A stretch of DNA of 41,680 bases, taken from the IMG/VR virus record IMGVR_UViG_3300037604_000083, positions 1 to 41,680 of that record. One strand, 5' to 3'. The notes under the pieces were generated by a model. That model was not told the DNA's origin, did not search any database, and worked only from the letters and a program-made list of their open reading frames with translations. Of the stretch, positions 26,426 to 35,361 are shown piece after piece (the stretch's first letter is position 1; each line of letters opens with the position of its first letter). A program made the translations under genes and the position numbers. Source of the DNA: a virus (taxonomy: Duplodnaviria > Caudoviricetes).

Positions 26426-27049
26426 CTAAGGCTCACCGTTGTTGTACTGATTTCGGAAGACGTCGCAGCTCTCGCCCTTTGGGCAGTTCCGGTTGCGGAT
26501 GTTCAGCCAGTAGTTATGGTTTCGCTCGAGTGAGCAGTAGCCTTTGATACGATATTGGGCCCACCTGACGACCGTGCTGCTCGTGCCTTTGTCCTGGCAG
26601 GCAGGTGCGGGTATCGGATCACCCCCCTTGCACTGGGATATCCATACCTCGCGCTGGATGCCCGAAGTGCCTGTGGTGGCGGCAAAGCTCAGCTGCCCGG
26701 CGTAGTTCTTGCCCCGTGTGGTTTTGAAGGGGTACGCATACGTGCGATTGCCTGACAGCTCAATCCGGGTCTGCCCTGGTGGTTTCTCCCAGGACAACGC
26801 TGCTCGAGCAATGGCACTGCTGTCCGGCTTGCAATCCCGCTGCACAGGATCTGGCTGAGGTGTCGGCCTGGGGTCTGGTTCTGGGGCCGTCGACTGATTC
26901 TCGGTGATTACAATCTCGCAGCCCTCGCATGAAATCGTTGCAGTGTCACCGTCGCGCTTTACCTGTAAATCAGCAAGCGTGAACGTCGCGGCGATGCTCA
27001 GCGAAAGGACAACCGCAACAATCAATATCAGTGGGTCTTCGTTTCTCAT
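26426..27049 (-). CDS. Secreted Cys-rich protein with Pro-rich linker
   Basis: Hydrophobic N-terminus, PEPDPRPTPQPDP linker, several Cys residues. Confidence 0.75.
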   Translation of the reverse strand: MRNEDPLILIVAVVLSLSIAATFTLADLQVKRDGDTATISCEGCEIVITENQSTAPEPDPRPTPQPDPVQRDCKPDSSAIARAALSWEKPPGQTRIELSGNRTYAYPFKTTRGKNYAGQLSFAATTGTSGIQREVWISQCKGGDPIPAPACQDKGTSSTVVRWAQYRIKGYCSLERNHNYWLNIRNRNCPKGESCDVFRNQYNNGEP

Positions 27050-27087
27050 GTCTGATCCCTCTCAGTTAATGGCCTTCTGGCCCTTGG

Positions 27088-29118
27088 TTAGCACCCCACT
27101 GGTACATACTTGGTATCGTCTGCCGATTTCGCCGCCTGCGTTTTCTCAAACTGCTGTTCTGGCGTGCCCTTCTTCAGCAGCTCCGCAGCCCTGCGCTCGC
27201 TGTGCCCGCCATGACAGCCCAAGCAGGTCAAGGTTTCACCGGCAGACAGTGGCGAGATTCCGCGGGCTATCTTGTTCAGGCCCTTGTCATAGCCAAAGTG
27301 AAAAAAGGGCGCTCCACATGGAACCTTCAGTCTCACTGAGCCGTCCTCTTGAATCTGGGCAAAGTAAGTGCCTGTAGCCTTGGCGGGGCCTTCCTTGGTC
27401 GGCACCCTGTCCCAGTGATCAAAGGTGTCCACGCCAAAGTATTTGAGCTTTTCCGGTAGTTCGTCTTGGTGGACAGAATTGCCCTGAAAGGCTACGCGCA
27501 GTTCCTTGCGCTTTTCCGGCGTCCTGTTGCGGTTAGTGGGGTTTTCGTCAAGCTCGCCTTGCTTGGCGTTCACCACTTGCAAAAAGCATTCCTCTGCCGG
27601 TGGCTTGATCTTGGCTATCGCTGGCGCTGGGATGCCGTACAGGTCGCTGTAGGGGCCTGCATACTGAGCGTCGAAGGCGTGTACGTCCAAGTCACAGCCT
27701 GCAATGCACCGCGTCTGCTTTTCGTCGAACGGGTCTAGCACTTGGAGTACCAGATTTTCGTTGATCTGCTTCTTGCAGGTGGGCTCACCTCCCATTGCCT
27801 TCACCGTGGCCATGCCGGGGCCTGCTACGCGATAGCACCACCCGCGTGAGGTAGTCGATCCCCATCGCTTGCCGTCCTTGTCTGGGAGTGCAAAGGGGTT
27901 GCCGCTGCGGCCTGTTGCCCTGCCGTTTTTGTGATACTTGGGCAGGCTTTGGTCTTGATCCTGCGCCCACGGGGTCAGCACCTGGAGCGTACAAGGGGCG
28001 AACTGGCCTGATCCCTGCTCACTGCTCTTGTACTGACTGCCGATCATATCTGACTGCCGGGAGCAGCCCTCAGCATCCCAGTTGGCCTCAAAGCCCAGCG
28101 TTACCCCATTGGGGCCTATGCTGTTGGATCGGTAGTAGCTGCCTACTGCGATGTAATCAGCCCACAACTCGCCTATACCCCGCAAACCCTTAATCTTGGT
28201 TGATCCCTCACCCCGGCGTAGTGGGTCTAGTATGTCCCTTACCAAATCCCATGTTTTCAGCGTAGGCGAGCCATGAGCGCCCAGCAGGGCATGATTCATG
28301 GCCTTGCCGTTAATGTCCCGGCAATCCAGCCACCATTGATTCTGTGGCGTGCTGCCAAACTCTCGCGGTGCCTCACCATGCCACGACGAATAGCAGATCA
28401 AGCCGTTGCTCATGACTTCAGGCGTCATGACAAAATACTGGTCAGGCGTCAGGTTGTACCAGTCAACCAGCTGTCCCTTGTCCAGCGCCGCCCGCCATAG
28501 CTGGGTAGCCGGGAACTGGTAGAAGTTGCGGCCCTGTGTGCTCATTGGCGGATAGGTGCCTGCCCTGGTGCTGGCGAATACCAGCAGGTCATTACTTGCC
28601 CAGTCCGGCTGTCGGTGCCTGCCCTTTTCGCCCTCGGTCGCGTTCCAGCACTCGCCGCCGATCTCACATATCCAAATGTCAGAATCTGTCGGGTCGAAAG
28701 TCCATAGGCCGGAAATCATTGGGCCGTTCTCAGCCTTTACGGGTATCTTGGGCGCGTCTTTCGGGGCGGTGAATAGGGTAAATGCCACCCGCTTACCGTC
28801 GGGTGACATTCGGGCCTCTTGCGCTGCGCAGACTTCCTCAGAGGTCGTGCAGTTGTACAGCGTGGTCACTGTGCAGTCGGCCGCTTGATGCATGACGTCA
28901 TGCTCAGTCGTGCGCCAGACGTTGCCTATGTCCGTTGTGAGTTGCCAATTTGCCCCATCGTCAATATCAAACTGGCGCGGGTCTGCTGGATCCGCCTTGA
29001 CCGGGGTTGTGTGCCGGGGCTGCTGTGTGTAGATCAGGGGTTCGCATTCCTTGGCCACTACTGGCCCTGCGAGTGAAAGCAGTAAAATCAGCGCCAGGGA
29101 TGGGAAATTAATCGGCAT
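27088..29118 (-). CDS. Secreted HzsA-related beta-propeller/heme c protein
   Basis: Signal peptide (..VVA-KE); PD40/TolB-like SPDGKRVAF; DGS...VP...PF....D...GE..TCLGCH. Confidence 0.75.
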   Translation of the reverse strand: MPINFPSLALILLLSLAGPVVAKECEPLIYTQQPRHTTPVKADPADPRQFDIDDGANWQLTTDIGNVWRTTEHDVMHQAADCTVTTLYNCTTSEEVCAAQEARMSPDGKRVAFTLFTAPKDAPKIPVKAENGPMISGLWTFDPTDSDIWICEIGGECWNATEGEKGRHRQPDWASNDLLVFASTRAGTYPPMSTQGRNFYQFPATQLWRAALDKGQLVDWYNLTPDQYFVMTPEVMSNGLICYSSWHGEAPREFGSTPQNQWWLDCRDINGKAMNHALLGAHGSPTLKTWDLVRDILDPLRRGEGSTKIKGLRGIGELWADYIAVGSYYRSNSIGPNGVTLGFEANWDAEGCSRQSDMIGSQYKSSEQGSGQFAPCTLQVLTPWAQDQDQSLPKYHKNGRATGRSGNPFALPDKDGKRWGSTTSRGWCYRVAGPGMATVKAMGGEPTCKKQINENLVLQVLDPFDEKQTRCIAGCDLDVHAFDAQYAGPYSDLYGIPAPAIAKIKPPAEECFLQVVNAKQGELDENPTNRNRTPEKRKELRVAFQGNSVHQDELPEKLKYFGVDTFDHWDRVPTKEGPAKATGTYFAQIQEDGSVRLKVPCGAPFFHFGYDKGLNKIARGISPLSAGETLTCLGCHGGHSERRAAELLKKGTPEQQFEKTQAAKSADDTKYVPVGC

Positions 29119-29200
29119 CGCGGTATTCCTCGATAAGGTCACACAGCCGGTGTATCGCTTCAGCCAGGTGCTCGATGGCTTCGATGGCGCGTTCAATCAC
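29108..29200 (-). CDS. Small helical peptide (30 aa)
   Basis: GTG start overlapping the ninG stop; MIERAIEAIEHLAEAIHRLCDLIEEYRDAD overlaps the next start. Confidence 0.45.
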   Translation of the reverse strand: MIERAIEAIEHLAEAIHRLCDLIEEYRDAD

Positions 29201-29832
29201 GAGCCCACCCCCATTGCTTCCAGCTCCCTCACCCGAAATGCACAACGCGCTCTGAAGCGCTTAAGGTCCTGCCAGCACCAGTCGGTAATACCGGTGAAGT
29301 GCTCCAGGTAATCAATGCGCTGCGATCCCACCCGCAATCCAAAGCGATCGATCAGTCCCTGCTTGTATCCACGGGTGTACTGGTTGCCCTCAATGTTCCC
29401 GCTCAGGTCGCAATTACACAGCTCCAGGCACTGCAGCGCGGTGTTGGCGCGGGAGTACCTCAGCTCCGATCGAGCACCCACGGTCTTGTAGTGCCCGCAA
29501 GACCAGGTGGCGTTCTCCATGCCGCAGGAAATGCACTCAGGCCTCAGCCCGCGCCGCTGGAACCAGTGCAGCTCTTCGAGCACCCGCATGCGGTTGAAGA
29601 CTCTTTGAGTCAATCGATGTTGTGACGACAGCGCGTCTTTGGCCGATGATCCGCTCAGGCGATAAGCCGTGGACGTCCCCATGTTCTCGTCAGCAAGCCG
29701 GCGGGCCGCCACTTTCATGCGCGTGAAATCCACCGTGCAATCAAACCTGCCGCACACTTTCTGGAAAGAATCACGAGGGCTGAACGCGCCACCACACACG
29801 GCGCACTGCTTGGCTTTTCTACTTGCCAGCAT
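29197..29832 (-). CDS. ninG: NinG/Rap family recombination endonuclease
   Basis: C.VC...F......QKVC, CISCG, GHYKTVGA..ELRY...N...QC...CN...SGN. Confidence 0.9.
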   Translation of the reverse strand: MLASRKAKQCAVCGGAFSPRDSFQKVCGRFDCTVDFTRMKVAARRLADENMGTSTAYRLSGSSAKDALSSQHRLTQRVFNRMRVLEELHWFQRRGLRPECISCGMENATWSCGHYKTVGARSELRYSRANTALQCLELCNCDLSGNIEGNQYTRGYKQGLIDRFGLRVGSQRIDYLEHFTGITDWCWQDLKRFRARCAFRVRELEAMGVGS

Positions 29833-30250
29833 CGCGCTTCGCCTCCACATGCAGCAGCTCGTCCATCCAGGCGCGCGCCGGCCGCAAGTGATCCCGGCTC
29901 GAAGAGTCAGCGAACAGAGTGATATACCGGATCACGTGCGCAGCAGGCCCCTCAATGCCGTTGGCTTCACAATACTGCTCAGGGGTAACGCGAGATTCCC
30001 AGCGGGGCATGCTTACCTCCAGGCGCTGCTTCTGGCCGCGCAGCACGTAGGATTCGTTTTCCTCGATGAACTGTATGAAATGGCTGGCCTTCTCCAGGTC
30101 AATCAGGCCCTGCTTCCTGGGGTAACGGGTGACGTACTTGATCACTGAGCCCTCGCAGAAGCCCATGCGGTGCGACATGGCAAATTCCACAGGCTGGATT
30201 GCCAGGTCTTTGTAGTGACCACCCGCGACCTGTTTATCCAGGGCGCTCAT
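29819..30250 (-). CDS. DUF3310 domain protein
   Basis: QVAGGHYK...IQP.EF...G.VIKYV.R...K.G..DLEKA. Confidence 0.88.
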   Translation of the reverse strand: MSALDKQVAGGHYKDLAIQPVEFAMSHRMGFCEGSVIKYVTRYPRKQGLIDLEKASHFIQFIEENESYVLRGQKQRLEVSMPRWESRVTPEQYCEANGIEGPAAHVIRYITLFADSSSRDHLRPARAWMDELLHVEAKRDAGK

Positions 30251-30666
30251 GCGGTGCGTTCCACCCACGCCTTGACCGCGTCTTCATCCCACGTCAGAGG
30301 CCGAACATTGCTCAGTGGCTTCGGGAAACCCTCCATGCGAACAATGTTTCGGGCGCCCTGCTCGGTCTTTCCGAGCAACTTTGCCAGGCCAGGCATGCGC
30401 ACCACCCACCGCCCGGCGATAAACTCCCTGGGAGGAAAAATGGCCTTGCCGAACTTCTCCAGCGTCGCTGCGCAAGTAGGGTTGAAGCTGGGCAAACTGT
30501 CTCGCTCGCAGGTGCTGACGGCATGGGAGGTGATCTCACCACCCCGGGACAGATACTCTCGGGTCTGGCGCTCGATCTCTTCGCGCTGCCGGGTCTTCAG
30601 AGTCGTTGACGGTGGCGGCGGCCCCGGAAATCTCGATACTCGAATCACGTTGTCTTCACTGATCAT
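30247..30666 (-). CDS. Hypothetical protein with C-terminal AlpA/Xis-like HTH
   Basis: EYLSRGGEI; GFPKP......WDEDAVKAW. Confidence 0.65.
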   Translation of the reverse strand: MISEDNVIRVSRFPGPPPPSTTLKTRQREEIERQTREYLSRGGEITSHAVSTCERDSLPSFNPTCAATLEKFGKAIFPPREFIAGRWVVRMPGLAKLLGKTEQGARNIVRMEGFPKPLSNVRPLTWDEDAVKAWVERTA

Positions 30667-30725
30667 GCCTTGCTTCCTCCTCGTGCTTCACGCGCGCGTT
30701 TCACATGAAACTGCCAAGTACAAAA

Positions 30726-30908
30726 TTAAACGGTGTTCGCCCTCTCCAGCTTCTTGCCGATCTGCCCCAGAATGCGGTCCTGCTTCTCACTGAGATCGGC
30801 ATTGACCGGTCGGCGGCGCAGGCCCTCGATGAAACCGTTTTCGAAATCACTCAAGTGCGGGCGGTTCAGGTCTGCGTCCGCGATGATGTTCAGCTGCTCC
30901 TGGGTCAT
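30726..30908 (-). CDS. Hypothetical protein
   Basis: ATGA-coupled; LSDFE..FI...LSEKQ...L..I. Confidence 0.65.
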   Translation of the reverse strand: MTQEQLNIIADADLNRPHLSDFENGFIEGLRRRPVNADLSEKQDRILGQIGKKLERANTV

Positions 30909-31258
30909 ATCGCCTGGCGCTCCAGTCGCCACTGGGTAAACGTTTTGCACTGCGTCTCTTTGAAAAACAGGTAGAAGCTCTGCGTCTCAGCGAAGCCGAG
31001 CAGATCTGCAGCCTCGTCGGCATTGGGCTTGCCTTGCATCGGCATGAAGAAACTTTCCAGGCGCCGGATACGCTCCTCCCGCTTCAGGGCAGTGAAACTG
31101 GTCCCGGCCATCTGCAGCCGTCCCGCCAACGTGGTGCGCTTGACACCCTGATGCGCGGCAAAGCTATCGATCGTGCAGCCGTACAGATCGGCGGTGGCAA
31201 GAAACGTCTTGGCCGCGCGCACGGTCCTGGTCGCAATCATGCTCGTCGGGCGGCTCAT
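30905..31258 (-). CDS. Stand-alone AraC-type HTH protein
   Basis: TL..RL...GTSF...A.LLGF....SF..FFK....T..QWR. Confidence 0.8.
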   Translation of the reverse strand: MSRPTSMIATRTVRAAKTFLATADLYGCTIDSFAAHQGVKRTTLAGRLQMAGTSFTALKREERIRRLESFFMPMQGKPNADEAADLLGFAETQSFYLFFKETQCKTFTQWRLERQAI

Positions 31259-31557
31259 TGCGCGTACCACCGGGACACTTTCTGGTTGCTGATCGGGCAA
31301 TGCTTCACGCCGCGCCGGACAGCGCACTCGCTCAATCGGCGCATCAGCGAGGGGGCATCCTGAAAAACCAACTCACACCCGCGCTTTTGGCAATCCGCCT
31401 GGTGCCGCTGGAACAGGTGCCGGTACGTGTACCCGGGGTATTTTTTTACCAGGGCGAGCGCTGCCAGTGTCTGCCGGCCATGTGCGCCAGACTCCACCAC
31501 CCGCCTCGCGGCCGTCTTCGATGTGTTCGGGTCTTTCTTGCGAGCCATTGCCGTCAT
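31255..31557 (-). CDS. Hypothetical wHTH phage protein
   Basis: AR..DP.TS..AA and RRLSE motifs. Confidence 0.7.
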   Translation of the reverse strand: MTAMARKKDPNTSKTAARRVVESGAHGRQTLAALALVKKYPGYTYRHLFQRHQADCQKRGCELVFQDAPSLMRRLSECAVRRGVKHCPISNQKVSRWYAQ

Positions 31558-32633
31558 GCCAGGCACCCTCCTGCAGGTTCATGAAACTCTTGCGCCTTCG
31601 CGTTGCCGTACCAGCCTGCCTGCCGGTTGACGTCACACTCGGCGTCTTCAAAATCGCGGATACACCACTCGACAAACCATCCGTCGAAATCATTGCTGGC
31701 GATCGCACGGTCCAGCACCCACAGCTTGAAAAAAGCCCGGGCGTTGTCGATCACCGGCATCGGAATGCCCAGGCCCTGGAGCGTGGACACCACCCCCGGA
31801 GACGGTTTCCAGTCGGCAGGCATTTCGCGGCGTTCAGATTTCAGCAGCGTTTGCAGCCAGCCAATGGGATTTGAGGACGGCTCTCGGCACACAAGCTCGG
31901 TCAAAGCGTCCAGGGTGGGGCCCTGACCGTGGTCAGCCTTGAGCTTGGCCAGCATGGATCTGGCACGGGGCGATTCGATCCCGTACTTGCCCAGCACCCG
32001 CACCCCCACCGTGAACAGATTTTCCTGTGGTGAGTCGAGGTCCTGGTCAGGGAGATCGTAGAAATTTCCAAATCTTGCCAGTCGAGAGTTATCCACAGGC
32101 TTCACCGCGGAAGCGGCAGAGCCGTCAGGCTCTGAACTGGTCTGATAATTGGTATGATCTAAACTGGTATGTTCTGGATCGTGTTGGTAGTTTCTGCCAA
32201 CTTGACAGTTGGTAGTTTCTGCCAACTTGGTAGGTGCGGTTTTGCCAACTTGGTAGTTTTTACCAACTTGGAAAGATTCACCCTCTTCAGACTTACCAAC
32301 TTGGCAAGTTTTACCAACTTGGGAGATTTCGCCAGATTGCAGCAATCTTTCAGGGATCGTGAGGCGGTAAATCTTCGGGCCATGAAAGGATTTTTTCTTG
32401 GCCTTGGAGAGCCAACCCTTGCTCTCCAGACGCGTCGTGATCTTGGATACCTGGGTCTTTTGTTTGAACCCAGCGCGCTCCGCAAGGGTGTCGATTTTCG
32501 GCCAGACAGTGTCCGCATTCTGGTCTCTGAAAGAATACAAGGCGACCAACACCTTGAACTCTGACGGGGTCAGCAAAGCATCGGAAAGGGCCTCTATGGG
32601 GACGATGGCAAACTGTAGGTTGACCGCGCTCAC
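31554..32633 (-). CDS. Replication initiator (O-like; N-terminal HTH, DnaT-like C-terminus)
   Basis: WPKIDTLAERAG...LESKGWL; internal iterons; MPADWKP. Confidence 0.85.
   Translation of the reverse strand: MSAVNLQFAIVPIEALSDALLTPSEFKVLVALYSFRDQNADTVWPKIDTLAERAGFKQKTQVSKITTRLESKGWLSKAKKKSFHGPKIYRLTIPERLLQSGEISQVGKTCQVGKSEEGESFQVGKNYQVGKTAPTKLAETTNCQVGRNYQHDPEHTSLDHTNYQTSSEPDGSAASAVKPVDNSRLARFGNFYDLPDQDLDSPQENLFTVGVRVLGKYGIESPRARSMLAKLKADHGQGPTLDALTELVCREPSSNPIGWLQTLLKSERREMPADWKPSPGVVSTLQGLGIPMPVIDNARAFFKLWVLDRAIASNDFDGWFVEWCIRDFEDAECDVNRQAGWYGNAKAQEFHEPAGGCLA
32197..32321. repeat. Replication origin iterons, six CCAACTTG copies
   Basis: Copies at 32197, 32222, 32245, 32263, 32296 and 32314 inside the initiator gene. 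Confidence 0.85.
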
Positions 32634-33031
32634 TCAGAAACGGCCTTGACTGTCGGCAGCTGGATCCGTTGCATTTGATGGAGTATTTGCTGCTGGAGTT
32701 TCACAGACTCATTGAACTGGCGCTGCAGTTTGGCGGCCTCGTCTTCAGGCTCGATCGGTATGGGCTCAGCGAAACCGCACACTTGGCTCTCGTATCGGTG
32801 GGCTGCAAAGCTACCCACCTTTCGCGCTTCTGATTTGATCCAGATGATCTGCGAGTAGTCGAGCTTCTCACGACGATCGGCGTTTAAGCATGCACCAAGG
32901 TACTCACCTGCCGCAGGCGGCGTTTTATCTGGGTACAACGACGCGCCCACCACCTTCATTCCTCCAAGGCGCGCAATATCAACCTTTAAGGCTTCGAGCT
33001 CGTCTTCAATAAAAAGGGCTTCTTGCTCCAT
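32630..33031 (-). CDS. CII-like regulatory protein
   Basis: Between cro and O; GG.K.VG..L.P......L..CLN.DRREKL. Confidence 0.7.
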   Translation of the reverse strand: MEQEALFIEDELEALKVDIARLGGMKVVGASLYPDKTPPAAGEYLGACLNADRREKLDYSQIIWIKSEARKVGSFAAHRYESQVCGFAEPIPIEPEDEAAKLQRQFNESVKLQQQILHQMQRIQLPTVKAVSE

Positions 33032-33083
33032 TCCAATTCACTCCAAGATGCTTGGACAGACATGGACAGCCTGTTTTTGTTAT

Positions 33084-33113
33084 AAAAAAACCCCTGTCAA
33101 CAGACAGAGGTTT
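33084..33113 (-). terminator. tR1-like terminator after cro
   Basis: CCTCTGTC-TGTT-GACAGGGG-TTTTTTT. Confidence 0.7.
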
Positions 33114-33117
33114 GGAG

Positions 33118-33324
33118 TTATGCGACGGCTGTTTTGGCTGTCAGTAACGCAACAAGGTCTAACCTTCCGCCAGAGGCTTCTACCAGGGCTTGCGCGAGCT
33201 CTACGGATGGCCTGCGGTGCCCAGTAGCGATCTGGTGGAAGTACGCATAGTTGGTCTTTGCGGCCGCTGCCACGGCCTCACACTCAGCTATCCCAAATTT
33301 GTCTTTAAAAGTCTGTGCGTCCAT
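33118..33324 (-). CDS. cro: Cro-like repressor
   Basis: 68-aa HTH, QIATGHRRPS.ELA..L...SGG; divergent from cI. Confidence 0.85.
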   Translation of the reverse strand: MDAQTFKDKFGIAECEAVAAAAKTNYAYFHQIATGHRRPSVELAQALVEASGGRLDLVALLTAKTAVA

Positions 33325-33331
33325 GCACCGG

Positions 33332-33397
33332 ACATTAGCAAACTGCTTAAATTAAAGTCAAGCATTTAGCTAATTCTATTTGTTAGCATTTTGCTAT
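33332..33397. promoter_or_regulatory. OR operators (three AGCA-N3-(T/A)GCT boxes at 24-bp pitch) and pR
   Basis: Boxes at 33335, 33359 and 33383; minus strand TTGACT-N18-TAATGT. Confidence 0.8.
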
Positions 33398-33408
33398 GGA
33401 ATGGGCGC

Positions 33409-33828
33409 ATGAACAGAAAAGAAAGAAGACGAGCACACTTGCTCGCTCACCTAGACCGCTATGAGAAAGACACTGATTGCCTGAAGGCAATTAATGAAAA
33501 ACTTGCCAGCCACCCAGAGTATGAGCAGTTATCTGAGAGCTACTTCAGTCAACTCAAGGGCGGTAAGAGAAATATCGGCGACGCGGTGGTGGGCAAGCTC
33601 GAATATGGGCTTTGTTTACGCGACGGGGCCTTGGACTTCCCTCTGCCAGATGAAGTACAGCAGATCATTGATTCTGGTGGTGCAGACGCCACTTTAGAGG
33701 CGGCGCTCTCAATTATGGATGGAAGCTCTGACATAGAGACAATCACCATTATTGCGGATCGCGCCTCTCCGAAAGCAGCAATTTCTTACGCAAAGCTGCT
33801 ACTTGATCGGGCCGAAACTGGCCTATGA
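33409..33828 (+). CDS. CI-like repressor lacking an S24 peptidase domain
   Basis: RR..L...SYFSQLK.G.RNIGD....KLE..L.L..G.LD; 139 aa. Confidence 0.8.
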   Translation: MNRKERRRAHLLAHLDRYEKDTDCLKAINEKLASHPEYEQLSESYFSQLKGGKRNIGDAVVGKLEYGLCLRDGALDFPLPDEVQQIIDSGGADATLEAALSIMDGSSDIETITIIADRASPKAAISYAKLLLDRAETGL

Positions 33829-33910
33829 GGTCGTGAAGAAATCGGATTTTTTCTTCGTAGGAGAACGTTTTAAATAGCGCTCGCACTTGCTCTTTTTGTT
33901 GCTCATTCAC
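33749..33910 (-). CDS. Small hypothetical protein overlapping the cI 3' end
   Basis: GAGG RBS, GTG start, MNEQQKEQVRALF... Confidence 0.45.
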   Translation of the reverse strand: MNEQQKEQVRALFKTFSYEEKIRFLHDLIGQFRPDQVAALRKKLLLSERRDPQ

Positions 33911-34148
33911 AGCAGCACCTCTCGATAACATGAGTGATACGGATGTCATGGGGTGGCGCTTATCACGCAAGGACTGCCCACCGGCAGCGAACCTAAAGCG
34001 ACATGGTGTTCCGTGGAGAACTAAGACTAGACGTTCAATTGACTATTGCGAGATTTTGGCCGCATTTGAATAATGCACGTGGCTGGAAAAGCTACAGGTA
34101 GCCAATTCAATTTTAGGCAAAACGGCCTAACTCTCAAGGAGGAATATC

Positions 34149-34661
34149 GTGGAAAAACTAAAAGTTCTCGCGTTTACTGCACTGGGCGTTTTGGTCACGG
34201 GCGGCTGTGACGTTAACGCCGAACCCGAGTTATCAACTTCAGAGATAAATGGCCTTAAGTCCTACGTGTTAGGCAGCGATGCGGGCGATATTGATCCCTC
34301 CAACTGTTCAGGGCTTGAGCATTACAGCGAAGCTGTGGTCGGGTGCGAATTTGATGACACGATAGTTCACACGACCGCGTCCATTCTGCTCTACTTTGTA
34401 AACGACAAGCTAGCAAAAATCGATGCAAACCCGGGGCCACTGGGTCTGGCTTCCGATACCAGGACCAAGCTCGAGGCCTTGACTAGAAAATACGGGCCAC
34501 CCTCAATGAGTGACTATGGTGTTCATGTTTGGAGGTCTGGTGAGAACACCCTCATCATGAGGGCCAAGCCGCCATATTCTGGACGCATCATTGTTACGAA
34601 TGCAGTTTTGAAAAAGGAGCTAGAACAGGAAATGCTTGAGTCCCCAATAGATGATATTTAG
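34149..34661 (+). CDS. Lipoprotein (moron)
   Basis: AGGAGG RBS; lipobox-like VTGG-C. Confidence 0.75.
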   Translation: MEKLKVLAFTALGVLVTGGCDVNAEPELSTSEINGLKSYVLGSDAGDIDPSNCSGLEHYSEAVVGCEFDDTIVHTTASILLYFVNDKLAKIDANPGPLGLASDTRTKLEALTRKYGPPSMSDYGVHVWRSGENTLIMRAKPPYSGRIIVTNAVLKKELEQEMLESPIDDI

Positions 34662-34702
34662 CCAACCACCTGAACATTGCCGTTCTCCTCAGTGCTTTGA
34701 GC

Positions 34703-35116
34703 CTATCGGGCCCGCTCGAAAAAATAACCACAGTTTTTGCAGATCCACACCTTGGATTTTTTGTAGCCTAGCCTGGCTGCGACGATCATCACTATGATTC
34801 CCATTACCAGGCCGAATGGCGGCACAACGAAGCAAAGCGCTACACCAACGAAAAACAGCAGAACACCCAGCAGCTGCAGCCCCATATTGCGCTCTGCCCT
34901 GGAGGTTTTTTTCATGCCACTTCCGCACTGTTGGCACTTGAGCTCTCCGCTCGCATTTTTCACAGTATCCACTGCCTGAACGGCATCCGTCTTGGGCTCG
35001 GTCGAGGGCGTGTAAAGCTCGGCGCATGAGTTGTGGAGCACTGCACCATCTTTCGGGTGAACGTAGCGGTCTTTTTCGGTTGTTGGTTTGGAGCATAATA
35101 CGCACTGCATTGGCAT
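34703..35116 (-). CDS. Zinc-ribbon membrane protein
   Basis: CxxC...HxxC, then CQQCG-two TM helices-CKNCG. Confidence 0.8.
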   Translation of the reverse strand: MPMQCVLCSKPTTEKDRYVHPKDGAVLHNSCAELYTPSTEPKTDAVQAVDTVKNASGELKCQQCGSGMKKTSRAERNMGLQLLGVLLFFVGVALCFVVPPFGLVMGIIVMIVAARLGYKKSKVWICKNCGYFFERAR

Positions 35117-35160
35117 TCTCCGATAACAGTAAGTGGGTGGGCTCTTACTTTTGCGCTGTG

Positions 35161-35361
35161 CTAAAAGGCTTTTGGCAACCCCGCATCTTTGAGGGTTCCG
35201 TTCGCTGTGTGGCGGGACTTGATTTTGCCGTCAACAGTAAAGTAAACACCAGATATTGGGCTATGCCAGATCTCATGGTCGCCCCTGCCTTGTCGATGGA
35301 AACGACAGCCGGCCTGCTTAAGTATTTGTTTGATCTCCGGCGTGAAAGACTGCGGAGGCAT
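35161..35361 (-). CDS. hicA: HicA family toxin
   Basis: L..AG..F.RQGRGDHEIW.SP...TAN..LKDAGL. Confidence 0.9.
   Translation of the reverse strand: MPPQSFTPEIKQILKQAGCRFHRQGRGDHEIWHSPISGVYFTVDGKIKSRHTANGTLKDAGLPKAF

Noticed and set aside
27088-29118. Interpreting the HzsA-like gene as anammox hydrazine synthesis
   Set aside because: No hzsB/hzsC, only one CxxCH and strong divergence; only fold-level relatedness is supportable
32184-32321. Short repeats resembling a CRISPR array
   Set aside because: Repeats are 8-9 bp with irregular short spacing inside the initiator gene and there are no cas genes; they are iterons
34083-34097. Second possible LexA box CTGGAAAAGCTACAG
   Set aside because: The spacer is 9 nt rather than 10
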